64,000 nt of DNA, taken from Anaeromyxobacter sp. (GTDB taxonomy: Bacteria > Myxococcota > Myxococcia > Myxococcales > Anaeromyxobacteraceae). Location of the stretch: assembly GCA_049840735.1 (NCBI GenBank), contig JASGJN010000004.1, forward strand, positions 32,001 through 96,000, in the 5' to 3' direction. Positions within the stretch are counted from its first letter, which is position 1; every line of letters starts with the position of its first letter. Below, piece by piece: positions 31,775-44,527 of the stretch. The position numbers and the translations under genes were made by a program. Under the pieces are notes generated by a model. The model saw only the letters and a program-made list of their open reading frames with translations, searched no databases and was not told the DNA's origin.

Positions 31775-34475
31775 CTACGGCACCACCACCGCCACCGCGT
31801 CCAGGTCGAGCTTCACGCGCTCAATCGACTTCGCCACCACCTCGCGGTGGTGCCGCAGCACCGCCAGCGCCCCGTCGATCCGTTCGCGCGGCGCGCCGCC
31901 GTGGAAGCCGGCCTCCACCAGCCGCTCCTCCTCGGCGTCGGCGTGGGCCAGCAGGCGGCCGATGGCCTCCTCCTTGCGGCGCGAGAGGATTCGCAGCGCC
32001 TCGCGCTCCGCCGAGGCCTGGCCCGCCTCCAGCACGTTGGCCGGCGCGGCGCCCACCCGGGCGTCCTGCACGTCCTCGATCTCGTCCTCCAGCCGCTGCG
32101 CGCCGCCCGGCACGTGGCGGTTGCCCACCTCGAGGTCGATCAGCACCGAGATGGGCGAGAGGTCGAGGTAGCGCGAGGCCTGGCGCGAGGCCACCCGCGC
32201 GCCCGGGGCCACGTCGGCCGCGGAGGCCAGGCGCGGCTCGTAGCGGGTGTAGAGGCCGCCGCGGCGCGGGGCCCACTCGCGCTTGAGCGCGGCGGTCCGG
32301 CCGGCGTCGCCGTCGCGCACCAGCCCCACCAGCGCCTCCACCAGCTTGTGGCCGGTGGCGAACCAGTTGAGCTCGTCGCGCGCCACCGCCGTCTCGCGCC
32401 AGAAGCTGCCCAGGTAGGTGACCGGCTCCTCCGGCAGCTCCATGCCCGGCAGCGCCTCGATGCGCATGCCCGAGCCGAGCGTGAAGGCGACCTCGAACGG
32501 GTGGACGTTCTGGTCGGTGTCCACCTCGGCGCCGACCCGGCGCCCCACGTCGGTGGCCAGCTCCTCCAGCTCCTCCTCCAGCCAGCGCGAGAGCGTGACC
32601 AGCGAGGCCTCGATGGCCGTGATCGCGCCCTCGCCGCGCCCGTCGATTTCGCTCCGGCGCCTCCTCGCCCAGCCGCTCGAAGGCGCCGCGCACCAGCCGC
32701 GACAGCTCCGGCAGCGAGGCCGAGCGCAGGTCCAGCAGCGGGTCGCCCTGGTGCTGCGCCTGGCGCGCCGCCGCCACCCGCTCCGCCAGCTTCTTGCGGA
32801 AGGTGTCGCGGCTCTTCTCGGTGCGCTTGCGGGAGAGCGCCTCCAGCTCGTCCGGCAGCGAGGCCAGCACGGCGTCGAGGCCGCCCACCGGCTCGTCGAA
32901 GATGCCGATCTCCTGCTCGTAGAGATCGGCCAGGAAGGCCTCGTCCCCCGGCTCGGCAAGCACGTGGATCTCCACCGGCTGCGTCTGGCCCAGGCGGTCC
33001 AGGCGGCCGATGCGCTGCTCCAGCGTGAGCGGCGAGGCCGGCAGGTCGGCGCAGACCAGGTGGTGCGCGAACTGGAAGTTGCGCCCCTCGCCGCCCGACT
33101 CGCCGGAGAGGAGGACCATCGGTCCCTCCGGATCGCGGAAGCGCGCCACCAGCCGGTCGCGGGCCTCGAGCGAGGGGGCGTCGTCGTAGAGGAGCGCCTC
33201 CAGCCCGGCGCCGGCGAGGCCCGCCTGCAGGGCGCGCAGCGCCTCGAGGTCGTGACCGAAGACCAGCACCTTGTCGCCGCCGCGGGCCAGCTTGGCGCAG
33301 TGCGCGACCAGCGCCGCCGGCTTGCCGCCCTCCGGCACGTCCTGCCGGCGCAGCACGCGGCGGGTGAAGGCGCCCACCTTGACGCGGCGGTTGCGGATCA
33401 GCCGCGAGGAGAGGCCGTAGCGCTCGGCCAGGTGGTCGAGCAGCGCCTCGCGTCCCAGCGCGGGCGGGGCGCGGGTGAAGACCATGTCGTCCGGGGCCAG
33501 CTCGCGCAGCTTCGCGGAGGCCTCGTCGATGGGGCCGCCCGCCAGCAGCTCGCGGGCCACCTCGGCGTAGGCCTCGTGCTGCTCCAGGCGGGCCAGGAAG
33601 TCCTCCAGCTTGCCGCTGGGGATGGGCTCGACCAGCGAGAGGAGGCGGAAGTACTCGGCCGGATCGAGCCGGACCGGCGTGGCGGTGAGGAGCAGCAGGC
33701 CGAAGGAGGCCCGGCAGATGGGCGCCACCGCCGCGTGCAGCGCGTCGTCGGCCAGGTGGTGCGCCTCGTCCACGATGACCAGGTCGAGCGGCGTGTCGCC
33801 GGCCGCCTCGACCAGCGTCTCGTCCGCCAGCAGCGTCTCGTGGGCCACGATGGCCAGCGGCGAGCGGGCCAGGGCCGCGTCCGGGCCGCCCAGCGCCTCG
33901 ATCCGCTCCGGCGTGAGCAGCGAGAAGAGGGCGTTGAACTTGTGGAAGAGCTCGGCCAGCCACTGGAAGGAGAGGTGCTCGGGGACGATCACCAGCACCC
34001 GCTCCGCCAGCCCCAGCTGCTTCATGCCGGCGAAGACCAGGCCCGCCTCGACCGTCTTGCCCAGGCCCACCTCGTCGGCCAGCACGAAGCGCGGCATGCG
34101 GTCGGAGAGGATTCGGCCGGCCGCGCCCACCTGGTGCGGGAGGACGTGCACGCGCGAGGAGAGCAGCGCGCCCAGCGAGTCTGCGCGGCGCAGCGCCTCC
34201 AGGCGCGTGACGCGGGTGCGCAGGCCGAACGCCGAGGCCGGCCCCGCCTGCCCCGAGGCCAGCGCCTCCAGCGGCCCGGCCGCCGTCTGCTCGATCGGCG
34301 TCTCCGGCGGGACCTCCGCCAGGGCCGGGTCGCGGCCGGACACGACCGTTATCCCCTCCCGCCCCGCGAACCGGACGGCCAGCCGCCGCCCCTCGTCCGC
34401 GATCTGGACGATCACGCCCACCCCCCACGCCCGCTGGGCGCGGTGGATCACCTTCGTACCGGGTTTCCAGGCCAT
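31775..34475 (-). CDS. RapA-like SNF2 helicase (frameshift ~32650)
   Basis: LADEVGLGKT, IVDEAHH, LLTATP, GEGRNFQ, EQRIGRLDR. Confidence 0.9.
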
Positions 34476-34624
34476 TCGCGGGCCTCCGTACCATCCGCGC
34501 ATCGAGCGGTCCAGACGCCCCTGGGCGCACCGGTAAGGATGGAGCCAGGTAGGTACGGTCGCCCAGAGAACCCCCGTTGACATGGGCCGCGGACCGGGCT
34601 AGAAACCCCCCGCTTCGCCGCCTT

Positions 34625-34696
34625 GGGCGGATAGCTCAGGGGTAGAGCGTCGCCCTTACAAGGCGAGGGTCACAGGTTCGAAGCCTGTTCCGCCCA
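34625..34696 (+). tRNA. tRNA-Val(TAC)
   Basis: Anticodon arm TCGCC-CTTACAA-GGCGA; TAGCTCAG and GGTTCGAA motifs. Confidence 0.95.
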
Positions 34697-34721
34697 CTCA
34701 GTTTCGCCGCCGTCTAGTCTT

Positions 34722-36199
<1,478 letters not shown>

Positions 36200-36220
36200 G
36201 CTTCGCCTCCGCCCGGAGTC

Positions 36221-36417
36221 CTAGCGGCCGCGCCGCGCGCCGCCCTCCTGCACCCACGCGCGGATCTCGGCCGGGTGAACCGCACGCCCCAGCCCGCGAG
36301 CCGCTTCACCGGGAGCGTCCCGTCCTCGGCGCGGTGGTAGACCCAGCTCACGCTGCGCTTCAGGAACCGCGCTGCGGCCTGGACGTCCCAGAGCTCGTCG
36401 TCGGGAGGGAGCGCCAT
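36221..36417 (-). CDS. Excisionase-like HTH protein (frameshift ~36275)
   Basis: LWDVQAAARFLKRSVSWVYHRAEDGTLP..R...VRF; directly upstream of int. Confidence 0.8.
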
Positions 36418-36678
36418 TTCCGGGTTCGGCGTGCGCGCGGCCCGTGCTCGCGGCTTCGCATCCGGACGTTGCTCAAGGTCCGCTCGCGGTGAGCTTGTCG
36501 AACCGCGAGCGGTCGAGGCCCCAGTTCCCGCTCGCCCCGAGCGTTGCCGCCGCGGAGCGGCGGCGGAGTCGAGGGGCCGGCCCGCGCCGCTCGCGGGCCG
36601 CACCCCGGTGTCGGCAGTCCCCTCCCCCGCCCACCCGAACGCAACCTGCTCCCCGCGCGTCTCTTCCATCGCCCGCTC

Positions 36679-37077
36679 CTACTTCTTGCGACCAGGCGGC
36701 GCCGTCCCCGCCTTCCAATCGAACCCCGGCCCGCTCTCCAGCACCTCGTGGTAGCGGCGCATGAGGACGTGCATGACGTACTTCCGGCGGTCGAGCCCGA
36801 GCGCATCGCGGTCGCGCTCGAGCTCGTCCGTCACCATGTCCGGCATCGCGTACCAAGCGTAGAGGTCGTGGGTCAGGGTGACGAGGAACTCGTTCATCGA
36901 CCATCCACGCTGCTTCGCCTCGGCGCCGAGCCAGGAGGCGAGGTCGCGCGGGAAGCGGAACGTGACGACGACCTTCTCGGACGAGACGTCCGACGACGCA
37001 GGGCGCGCAGGAAGCTCCGACGGCGCCTTCTCTGGGCTCATGCTCCCGGACGTAGGCACCGCGTCGTCAGCCTGCAA
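36679..37077 (-). CDS. Small DNA-binding protein, ribbon-helix-helix-like
   Basis: VVVTFRFPRDLASWL..EAKQRGWSMNEFL, Arc-like pattern. Confidence 0.6.
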   Translation of the reverse strand: MQADDAVPTSGSMSPEKAPSELPARPASSDVSSEKVVVTFRFPRDLASWLGAEAKQRGWSMNEFLVTLTHDLYAWYAMPDMVTDELERDRDALGLDRRKYVMHVLMRRYHEVLESGPGFDWKAGTAPPGRKK

Positions 37078-37216
37078 GCGGTTCCGTTACGCCGCCCCTT
37101 CTGAACGCGCCACATTGACGCCGACCCGACCGGGAACCCGGACCAAGGCCGGGCGTTAGTCCAGTTTTCGCCAGGAACCTTGACTAGTAGCACTCGCTAG
37201 TAAACCTTCGTCAGTG

Positions 37217-38454
37217 ATGGCCCGGCACGAGACGCAACACTGGCCGGCGTACCCGTCCGCCCCCGGCGGCAAGGCGGAGCGCCGCGCGTTCAGCTACCGC
37301 GCCTTCGTCCCGGACCCGATCGCGCCGCTCGAGATCACGCTGCCGTCGAGCGCGGCCGCCGCGGTCTCGTCCGCCGAGCGCGCGATCGACGCGCTGAACC
37401 GCGATCCCCCGCGCGTCGCCAGCCTCGAGGTCCTCGCGCGCCGGCTCCTTCGCGCCGAGTCGGTCGCGTCCTCCCGGATCGAGGGGCTCGTCCTGTCGCA
37501 GCGCCGCCTGGCGCGGGCCGAGGCCGAGGCGCCCGACGCGCGCGACGAGACCGCCAGGTCCATCCTCGGCAACGTCACCGCGATGGAGCACGCCGTTGCC
37601 CTCGGAGCCGGCGCGAAGCCCCTCCGGCTCAAGGACGTGCTCGACGTCCACCGCCGCCTGATGCTGGCGACGACCACGCCCGAGATCGCCGGCAAGGTCC
37701 GCGACCGGCAGAACTGGATTGGCGGCAACGCGTTCAATCCCGGCCGCGCCGACTTCGTCCCGCCCTCGCCCGAGCGAGTGAGGCCCCTCATGGACGACCT
37801 GGTCGCGTTCATGAACCGGACGGACCTTCCGCCGGTCGTCCAGGCCGCCATCGCCCACGCGCAGTTCGAGACCATCCACCCGTTCGCAGAGGCAACGGTC
37901 GCGTCGGCCGCGCCCTCATCCACGTCGTCCTGCGTCGCCGCGGGCTCGCACCGCGCTACGTCCCTCCGGTGAGCCTCGTCCTCGCTGCCGACGCGAAGGG
38001 CTACGTCGTAGGCCTCACCGCGTTCCGCGAGGACCGCACCGCCGACTGGATCCTCCTGTTCGCCCAGGCGATCGAGCGAGCCGCGGCGAAGGCTAGCGAG
38101 CTCGCGCCACGCCTTGCAGAGCTTCTGGAACGCTGGCGAGAGCGTGCTGGCCGGCCGCGCCGCCACTCCAGCGCCGGGGCCCTGATCGTCGAGCTTCCCG
38201 CTCACCCCATCGTCACCGTCGCGACCGCCCAGACGTTCCTCGGCCGCTCCAAGCAGGCGATGAACGAGGCCATCGCCACGCTCGCCGAGAAAGGCGTCCT
38301 CCACGCGATCACCCTCGCGAAGCGGAACCGCGCCTGGGAAGCCCGCGACCTCTTCGACCTCATCAACGACTTCGAACGCGAGCTCGCCACCCCGACCGAC
38401 GACGTCGAGCCCTCTCGACCGTCACCTCGCCGGAAGACGACCTCCAGGACCTGA
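37217..38454 (+). CDS. Fic family protein (frameshift ~37890)
   Basis: ESVASSRIEG, QNWIGG, AHAQFETIHPF then GNGRVGR after the indel; C-terminal wHTH-like region. Confidence 0.9.
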
Positions 38455-38517
38455 CCGCCCTCGTCGTCTCCTCCCAGTCCCTCCACCTCACCTTCACTGT
38501 TCGTTACCCACCCCGAC

Positions 38518-38829
38518 CCCCGTTTGCTCCATCTTGAACCACGTGGTTCAAGCCCGGCCCCCCGCCCCCACTCACTTCGGAAGTGCTGAAGCCAGCAACC
38601 CGACCCCCCGATCACAGTTGGTCGTGAGCGGGGGGTCGGGCTGATGGCGCCCCTCGCGTCGCGCGAACCACGCTAGCCGCCGGCGGGGCCGGGCCGCCGC
38701 GATCACGCGCAGTTACACCGCAGAACCCTGCTCCCAACCCTGATCCGAATCCTGCTTTCAATCGTGGTGACTCCGGGACACAGCCCCCGGGAACACCCCG
38801 TTTGCTCCATTTTGAACCACGTGGTTCAA
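38518..38829. repeat. Two 34-bp direct repeats each ending in a perfect 18-bp palindrome
   Basis: CCCCGTTTGCTCCATYTTGAACCACGTGGTTCAA at 38518-38551 and 38796-38829. Confidence 0.9.
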
Positions 38830-39085
38830 CAAACGCGGGGGCGGTCCCGGAGGCACGAGCCGCCCTCGCTCGCCGCTAGTGCATGGGGGTTTCGCTGGCG
38901 TTCCGCCGCACACCTGATCCGAAAGCGACGCTTCGTACCTTCCTGCTCACACGCCTGATACCATGGCGGGGCGGCCCGCATCCGCCGCATCCGCCAGCTC
39001 GAGGGCGGTCTGCCGGGCCCGAGCGAAGAATCGCTTCAGCGCCTGAAGATCCTTGGGAAGGACACCGCAGAGGGGAGGCGACGGC

Positions 39086-40354
39086 GTGGCGAGCGCGAAT
39101 GACAACGGGGACGAGCTCAACCTCACCGGTGCTGCAGAAGCGATATCCTCGCCCACGTCAACGGTGTCGTCGGATCCCGGGGACGAGACCCAGAGGAACT
39201 TCCGCTATCAGCATGCTTATGGCGTCGTCCTCCTTGCAGCCGCATACCGCGGACAAGAGCCATACGTCGCGATCTTCTGCGAACACCACGAAGACTTCAT
39301 CGCAGAGCGAAGCGACGGACGGTTTGACGCATACCAGGTGAAGACCCGCGACCCCGGCCTTCATCGCTGGCGAAATTCCGACGAGGATTTCCGGAAGACC
39401 ATCCGTCGATTCGCATTCCTAGCGCGGCGGCACCCAGGGCTTTTCGCCCGATTTCGTTTTGTGTCAAACATGCCAGTGGACCAGAGCGCGGGCGAAACGA
39501 CGCGCGTGCGCTCCCCCCGCGCGCTGCAGCATGCGCTTGCGAACGGCCCACCGCTTGGCGACGACCTAGAGAAAGTCGCCGCGAATTTATCCGATGAGTG
39601 CGACTGCACGGTCGCGGAACTCGCAGAGCTCTTTGCCACTCTCGAATTCGTAACCGGCCCCGGCCGGGATTCGTTCGAGGCGGAGCTCGCGGCGATCCAT
39701 CTACCTCCGTGTGACGGATACGGGCACCTGGTGGCGGCTCAGTTGAGCGCACTCCGGGATGAGCTCATTCACCGCGTCTATTTGGCGTCTTCGCTTTCTT
39801 TGTCAGACCCCCAGAAGCACTTTGTCGACCTCGCGACGAACTCCGCAACAAATCCCCTTATTCAGGGCAAGCGGCTCTCCCCTGACGTCATCGCGGCGGA
39901 ACTCGCTGGCAGCGGCGTCCCGTTCCGCTTCTTGCCGGGCACCGCCCCATTCCGTCTGACCAACAAGCGGCCTGCGACCCGCATGGAGACCAAGTTCGAG
40001 AAGGCAGGCCTTGCCGATCAAGTTGAAACGATGCGAGCTCGCGCACTTGCCGCCGAGCGCGCCCTAATGCGGCTGGCTTACGCGGACGCGGAACACGCGG
40101 AGGGAACGCTGGACCAACTAGCTGGCGTGGTCAGGGGCGCGTGTGACGATGCAGAACTGGAAGTTGGAAGAGATGACCGACCGTACGGACGCGACATGCT
40201 CAGGCTCGTACAGGGGAGGCTTCGTCAAGCATCGACAAACAGCGACCTCGTGATGGGGCAGCCATACGAATGCCTCGTCGGCGTCGCCGGACTGCTCACC
40301 GACGAATGCTTGGTCTGGTGGGGGAAGAAGTTCCAGATGGAGGACGAGTCGTGA
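39086..40354 (+). CDS. lmuA: Lamassu/ABC-3C effector with Cap4-like (DUF4297) nuclease domain
   Basis: G..TQRNFRYQ, CEHHED, YQVKT PD-(D/E)xK-type motif; C-terminal GVAGLLTDECLVWW; GGAGG before the GTG start. Confidence 0.82.
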   Translation: MASANDNGDELNLTGAAEAISSPTSTVSSDPGDETQRNFRYQHAYGVVLLAAAYRGQEPYVAIFCEHHEDFIAERSDGRFDAYQVKTRDPGLHRWRNSDEDFRKTIRRFAFLARRHPGLFARFRFVSNMPVDQSAGETTRVRSPRALQHALANGPPLGDDLEKVAANLSDECDCTVAELAELFATLEFVTGPGRDSFEAELAAIHLPPCDGYGHLVAAQLSALRDELIHRVYLASSLSLSDPQKHFVDLATNSATNPLIQGKRLSPDVIAAELAGSGVPFRFLPGTAPFRLTNKRPATRMETKFEKAGLADQVETMRARALAAERALMRLAYADAEHAEGTLDQLAGVVRGACDDAELEVGRDDRPYGRDMLRLVQGRLRQASTNSDLVMGQPYECLVGVAGLLTDECLVWWGKKFQMEDES

Positions 40355-40899
40355 CGATCGGGGCCGCGCGAGCCGTGGCTCGGTTCGAGTTGTCCGACGA
40401 CTCCCATATGGCGCGGCTGCTGTTACTCGTCCACGGCGCCGGGGGAAGAACAGCCCGTATTGAGGGCTTGACCAAACTGGTGAAGCTGGACTTCCTCCTG
40501 CGATACCCGCCGTACTTTGAACGTGCGCTTCAACGGCTAGGGTATACGGTTGACGGCGCGCGCATCGAGCCCTTCGAACGTCAGACCATCGAAGCCACCA
40601 TGATCCGCTTCAAGTACGGCCCTTGGGATCCACGGTATCGCCGATGGCTCGCCCTTCTCAAGGCACGACAACTGATCACCACCGACATGAAGGGACGTAC
40701 GCTGACCATCGCGCTTACCGAGTCGGGCCGCGCGGCCATCGCGTCGCTCCAGCAGACGGATGCCTTTCGCACACTTGCGCTGCGGGCAACCATGCTCGGG
40801 AAGGCAGCCGGCCACATGTCGCCCTCGAAGATCAAAGACTTCATTTATGAGGCCTTCCCAGAGGTGACTTCGCTCGAATGGGGCGAGGAGATCGCATAA
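40351..40899 (+). CDS. lmuC: Lamassu/ABC-3C middle component
   Basis: RLLLL, GLTKLVKLDFLLRYP, MIRFKYGPWD; GTGA and TAATG couplings. Confidence 0.75.
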   Translation: MTIGAARAVARFELSDDSHMARLLLLVHGAGGRTARIEGLTKLVKLDFLLRYPPYFERALQRLGYTVDGARIEPFERQTIEATMIRFKYGPWDPRYRRWLALLKARQLITTDMKGRTLTIALTESGRAAIASLQQTDAFRTLALRATMLGKAAGHMSPSKIKDFIYEAFPEVTSLEWGEEIA

Positions 40900-42839
40900 T
40901 GAGGTTTCGCCTCGAGACGCTCCGGTTGGCTTTCGCACACTCCGAGGAACTCATCGCGTTCGATGATTTCACTTACTTCTTCGGCCAGATGGGCGCAGGG
41001 AAGTCCAGCATTGCCCGCCTGGTTGACTACTGCCTCGGAGCGGACCTCGACTTCACTCCCGCGCTCCAGAGCGAGTTTTCAGCGGCGGAGCTAACCTTCG
41101 TCGTCAACGATACCCCCATTTCTGTCTATCGCGAGCGCGGCTCTGGGCAGGTACGCGCCCGGTGGGCGCGCGGCGGCGATCGCTTCGACGCCGTGCTGCC
41201 AGCGCGAAATGCGGGTGGAGTCGTTGTGCCCGGCACGAAGATCGAGGTCCTGTCCGATTTGGTCTTCCAGGTGGCCGGGATCGATCCTCCGCGCGTCCTT
41301 CGGTCCAAGGCGAGCGAAGACCCTGAGTCTACGCGCCTGACGCTGCGCAACCTGCTCTGGTACTGCTACTTAGACCAAGAGTCGATGGACAGCTCGTTTT
41401 TCCATCTTGAACGGGATGCAAATCCGTTCAAGCGCAACCAGAGCAAAGACGCTCTTCGGTTCATCGTAGGCATTCATCAGCAGAAGGTCGCCGAGCTTGA
41501 GGCGGGGCTTGAGGACGCGCGTACGGAGCGGCTCAGGCACGAGCAGGGGGCCCGAGCGCTCGAAGAGGTTCTCAAGTCGGCCGGGATTTCCAGCGAAAGC
41601 GAGCTACGAGAGCAGATCGGACTTCGAGAGAAGGAGATCACTGCACTTGGACGGCAGATCACCGCGCTCCGGGAGGGCGCCGCGCCTCCCGACCGTCACG
41701 CCATCGATCGCCTCCGGGAGCAAGGCCGAGCGCTAGTCGGAGAACTCGAAGCGGCCGAAAACGCCCTTTCGAGCCTCGATCGCGTTGTACCGGACGAAGT
41801 ACGGCAGCGCAACGAACTCAAGATGTTGACGGTCAAGGCTGACCGAACCGTCGCCGCGTCCAACGTTCTCGCGGGCTTCCATTTCGCTGAATGCCCTCTG
41901 TGTGCCCAGTCTCTGCCGGAACGCCCGAATGCGCACTGTCGCGTGTGCGGGCAATCGGTTTCGCGCGTAGCATCACGTACTGTCGTCGCAGACGTTGATC
42001 TGAAGTCACGTCTCGCGGAGCTCGACGAAACGATTGAGCGCAGACAGTCGCAGCGAGCCGCGCTTGCGCGCCGCCGCGTTGAGCTGGCTGACAAGAAGCG
42101 GATAGTCGACAATGAGCTATCTACGGCGATTTCGCAGTACGACTCGAAGCTTGTGGCGGAGACGCTCGCTCTAGAACAACGACGTTCCGCGCTGCAAGAG
42201 CAAATCGTATCCCTGGCACGCCTTTCTGAATTGCCGCGCGCCGTCACAGAGCAGCTCAAAAGACGCGATGCCGCGATTGCGACCGAGCTCGGAATCAAAC
42301 GAGACCTGAAGACGGCGAGGGACGCCGCGGAACGTGATGCAGGAAATCTCCGCCGCCTCGAGGAACTCTTCCTAGACTGCGTAGTTCGAGCAGGGATACC
42401 CGGGTTCATGCCCGATGACGACGTTCACATTGACTCTCGCTCGTTCATGCCGATCGTCACACCGAACGGCGATCCCGACATCGTCGTTTCGTCCTTCGAG
42501 AACCTGGGCAGCGGCGGCAAGAAGACGCTCTTTAAGTGCTGCTTCGCCATTGCTGTTCATCGCCTAGCACGCGAGATCGAGGCCCCACTTCCTTCGCTAC
42601 TGATTATAGATTCGCCGATGAAGAACATCAGCGAACGCGAGAACAGGACGCAATTCGAAGGGTTCCACAGCCTCCTCTACTCCCTAGCCATGGACGATTT
42701 GCGAGGCACTCAGTTTGTCCTCATCGACAAGGAGTACGCGCCTCCGAGCGATGACATTGCCTTCGGGTTCACCGCTAGGCACATGACGCCCAGCGACGAG
42801 GCGCTTCCGCCGTTGATCTCGTACTATCGCGGCCACTGA
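40899..42839 (+). CDS. lmuB: SMC/Rad50-like ABC ATPase of Lamassu
   Basis: Walker A GQMGAGKS, coiled coils, CPLC/CRVC hook region, signature GSGG, Walker B LIIDSP. Confidence 0.85.
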   Translation: MRFRLETLRLAFAHSEELIAFDDFTYFFGQMGAGKSSIARLVDYCLGADLDFTPALQSEFSAAELTFVVNDTPISVYRERGSGQVRARWARGGDRFDAVLPARNAGGVVVPGTKIEVLSDLVFQVAGIDPPRVLRSKASEDPESTRLTLRNLLWYCYLDQESMDSSFFHLERDANPFKRNQSKDALRFIVGIHQQKVAELEAGLEDARTERLRHEQGARALEEVLKSAGISSESELREQIGLREKEITALGRQITALREGAAPPDRHAIDRLREQGRALVGELEAAENALSSLDRVVPDEVRQRNELKMLTVKADRTVAASNVLAGFHFAECPLCAQSLPERPNAHCRVCGQSVSRVASRTVVADVDLKSRLAELDETIERRQSQRAALARRRVELADKKRIVDNELSTAISQYDSKLVAETLALEQRRSALQEQIVSLARLSELPRAVTEQLKRRDAAIATELGIKRDLKTARDAAERDAGNLRRLEELFLDCVVRAGIPGFMPDDDVHIDSRSFMPIVTPNGDPDIVVSSFENLGSGGKKTLFKCCFAIAVHRLAREIEAPLPSLLIIDSPMKNISERENRTQFEGFHSLLYSLAMDDLRGTQFVLIDKEYAPPSDDIAFGFTARHMTPSDEALPPLISYYRGH

Positions 42840-42883
42840 AGCTATCGGTCGCGCCAGGGGCCGTCTGAACGCGTGAACGCTCG

Positions 42884-44527
42884 CTACGTCGAGGCAGGCG
42901 CAGCCATCGTGAGGTGCTGCAGTGCTCCCACCGGGATCACACCGTGCTCCTCGATGGAGTCGGCCTCTGCCTGAGTTGGCGCACCCGTGACAGCGACGCC
43001 GATAACTTGGCCGTGTACGTTCAAGATCGGGCCGCCACTGTTCCCGTAAATGATCGGGGCGTTGACAAGGATGCGCTGTAGACCCGTCTTAGGGCGAAAG
43101 CCGGCGACATGCCCTTGGCGAACACCAACCGAATCACCCTTGTTGTGATTCGGGAAGCCCCACACCTCCACCTTATCAAGCAACTTCGGTGCTCGTTCGG
43201 CAGCAACGAGTGGGGGCGGGAGGCCAACCGGTTCTGGCAGGACACGAAAGATGGCCAAGTCGAGATCGTCATTCCTTGCAAGAACCTCAATCTCGAACTT
43301 CTTGGTGAGGTCGTCTCCCCGATAGGCCTGGCTGTTCGGTCGAAGAACGTGGGCGCATGTCACGAAGCCATAACCATCTAACCGAAAAGCGGTCCCTTGG
43401 TTATCGCCCTCACTCTCGACGACCCAGACATTCGCGTGCCGTGCGGCGAGCAACTCGTCCGGCAGTTCGGGCGCAAGCGCAACTTTGGGAGTTCCCGCGA
43501 GGTCATTGAACCACGAGCGCAGTCGCACGTACCCCGGATCGGCAGAACTGACGACGGACTCGAGAAACGCGAGGCGCCCGTGCAGCACGCGCTTGAAATC
43601 AGGAGGGGATCTGCCGGGCGCACGCCTCTTCTTGTTGTAACGAGCGAGATACTCCTCTCGAGCTGCCTCGAGACCAAATCGCTCCCAGGCATGAAGCATC
43701 GCCCGAATTTGCTTCCGCTTCCCCCGCACAACGTTCGGACGCACATTCACGACCAGCCCGGTCACCTGCTGGCGCCGCGCTCGACCAAACACCCTCACCT
43801 TCTTGGTGTTGGGCGCAAACCCGTTGGCGGCGAGTATTGCGGCGAGTTCCGTGCCTACCGCCCATCCCGATGCCGCGGGTATCACGACAGTCGGGTGAAC
43901 CTCTCCACGCCAAGTCGAGAAGGTTAGGTCATCTGCATATCGGGTGTACGTGTAGCGCCGCTTCGCTGCCAGTGCCATCAAGGCGCGGTCCAGCCTCCGG
44001 CTCACCATGTTCGAGATCACAGGAGACGAAGGCGCTCCCTGCGGCAAATGATTGTTGTGGCAGGCGATGTTTGCCAGGAACGCCGCAAGGTCCTTTCTGA
44101 ATTCGAACGGCTTCGCCCGAAACAAGCCGTAGACACGCCCAAAATTGATCGTCGTGAAGAAGTCGGCGATATTTACATTCACGACAAGACGTCTGGCGCC
44201 GTGCGGCGCAGCATTTGTCAGGATGCTGCGCTGAACGGCAAATCCGTGAACGGAGGCAGGCGGGCGATAGCACGCGAGAAGCACCTGACTGAGTTTCCGC
44301 TGAATGATTTTCAGAGCAGTCGCGGGCGCTTCTATTCTGCGCACGCCTCCACTCTTTTTCGGGATGTCGAACGCCACGTACCTCTTCGCCGGAGGCACCT
44401 GAAACAAGTGATAGACGAGTTGGGCGTAAGGAACATCGAGCAGCGCCGCCAGATCCCTCGGTGTCTTGCAGGCGTAGAACCGAGACGAGAGCTCCTCCGC
44501 CGGCCTCTCGAGACGTAGCGAACTCAT
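42884..44527 (-). CDS. Retron reverse transcriptase fused to a trypsin-like serine protease (type XI-like)
   Basis: Region X NAAPH, LPQGAPSSP, YADD, region Y VTG; protease triad motifs TCAHV, DLAI, GNSGGP. Confidence 0.92.
   Translation of the reverse strand: MSSLRLERPAEELSSRFYACKTPRDLAALLDVPYAQLVYHLFQVPPAKRYVAFDIPKKSGGVRRIEAPATALKIIQRKLSQVLLACYRPPASVHGFAVQRSILTNAAPHGARRLVVNVNIADFFTTINFGRVYGLFRAKPFEFRKDLAAFLANIACHNNHLPQGAPSSPVISNMVSRRLDRALMALAAKRRYTYTRYADDLTFSTWRGEVHPTVVIPAASGWAVGTELAAILAANGFAPNTKKVRVFGRARRQQVTGLVVNVRPNVVRGKRKQIRAMLHAWERFGLEAAREEYLARYNKKRRAPGRSPPDFKRVLHGRLAFLESVVSSADPGYVRLRSWFNDLAGTPKVALAPELPDELLAARHANVWVVESEGDNQGTAFRLDGYGFVTCAHVLRPNSQAYRGDDLTKKFEIEVLARNDDLDLAIFRVLPEPVGLPPPLVAAERAPKLLDKVEVWGFPNHNKGDSVGVRQGHVAGFRPKTGLQRILVNAPIIYGNSGGPILNVHGQVIGVAVTGAPTQAEADSIEEHGVIPVGALQHLTMAAPAST

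Noticed and set aside
42884..44527. RT as group II intron, DGR or CRISPR-associated RT
   Set aside because: No maturase domain, template/variable repeat pair or cas1; the retron X/Y motifs and a1/a2 repeat fit a retron.
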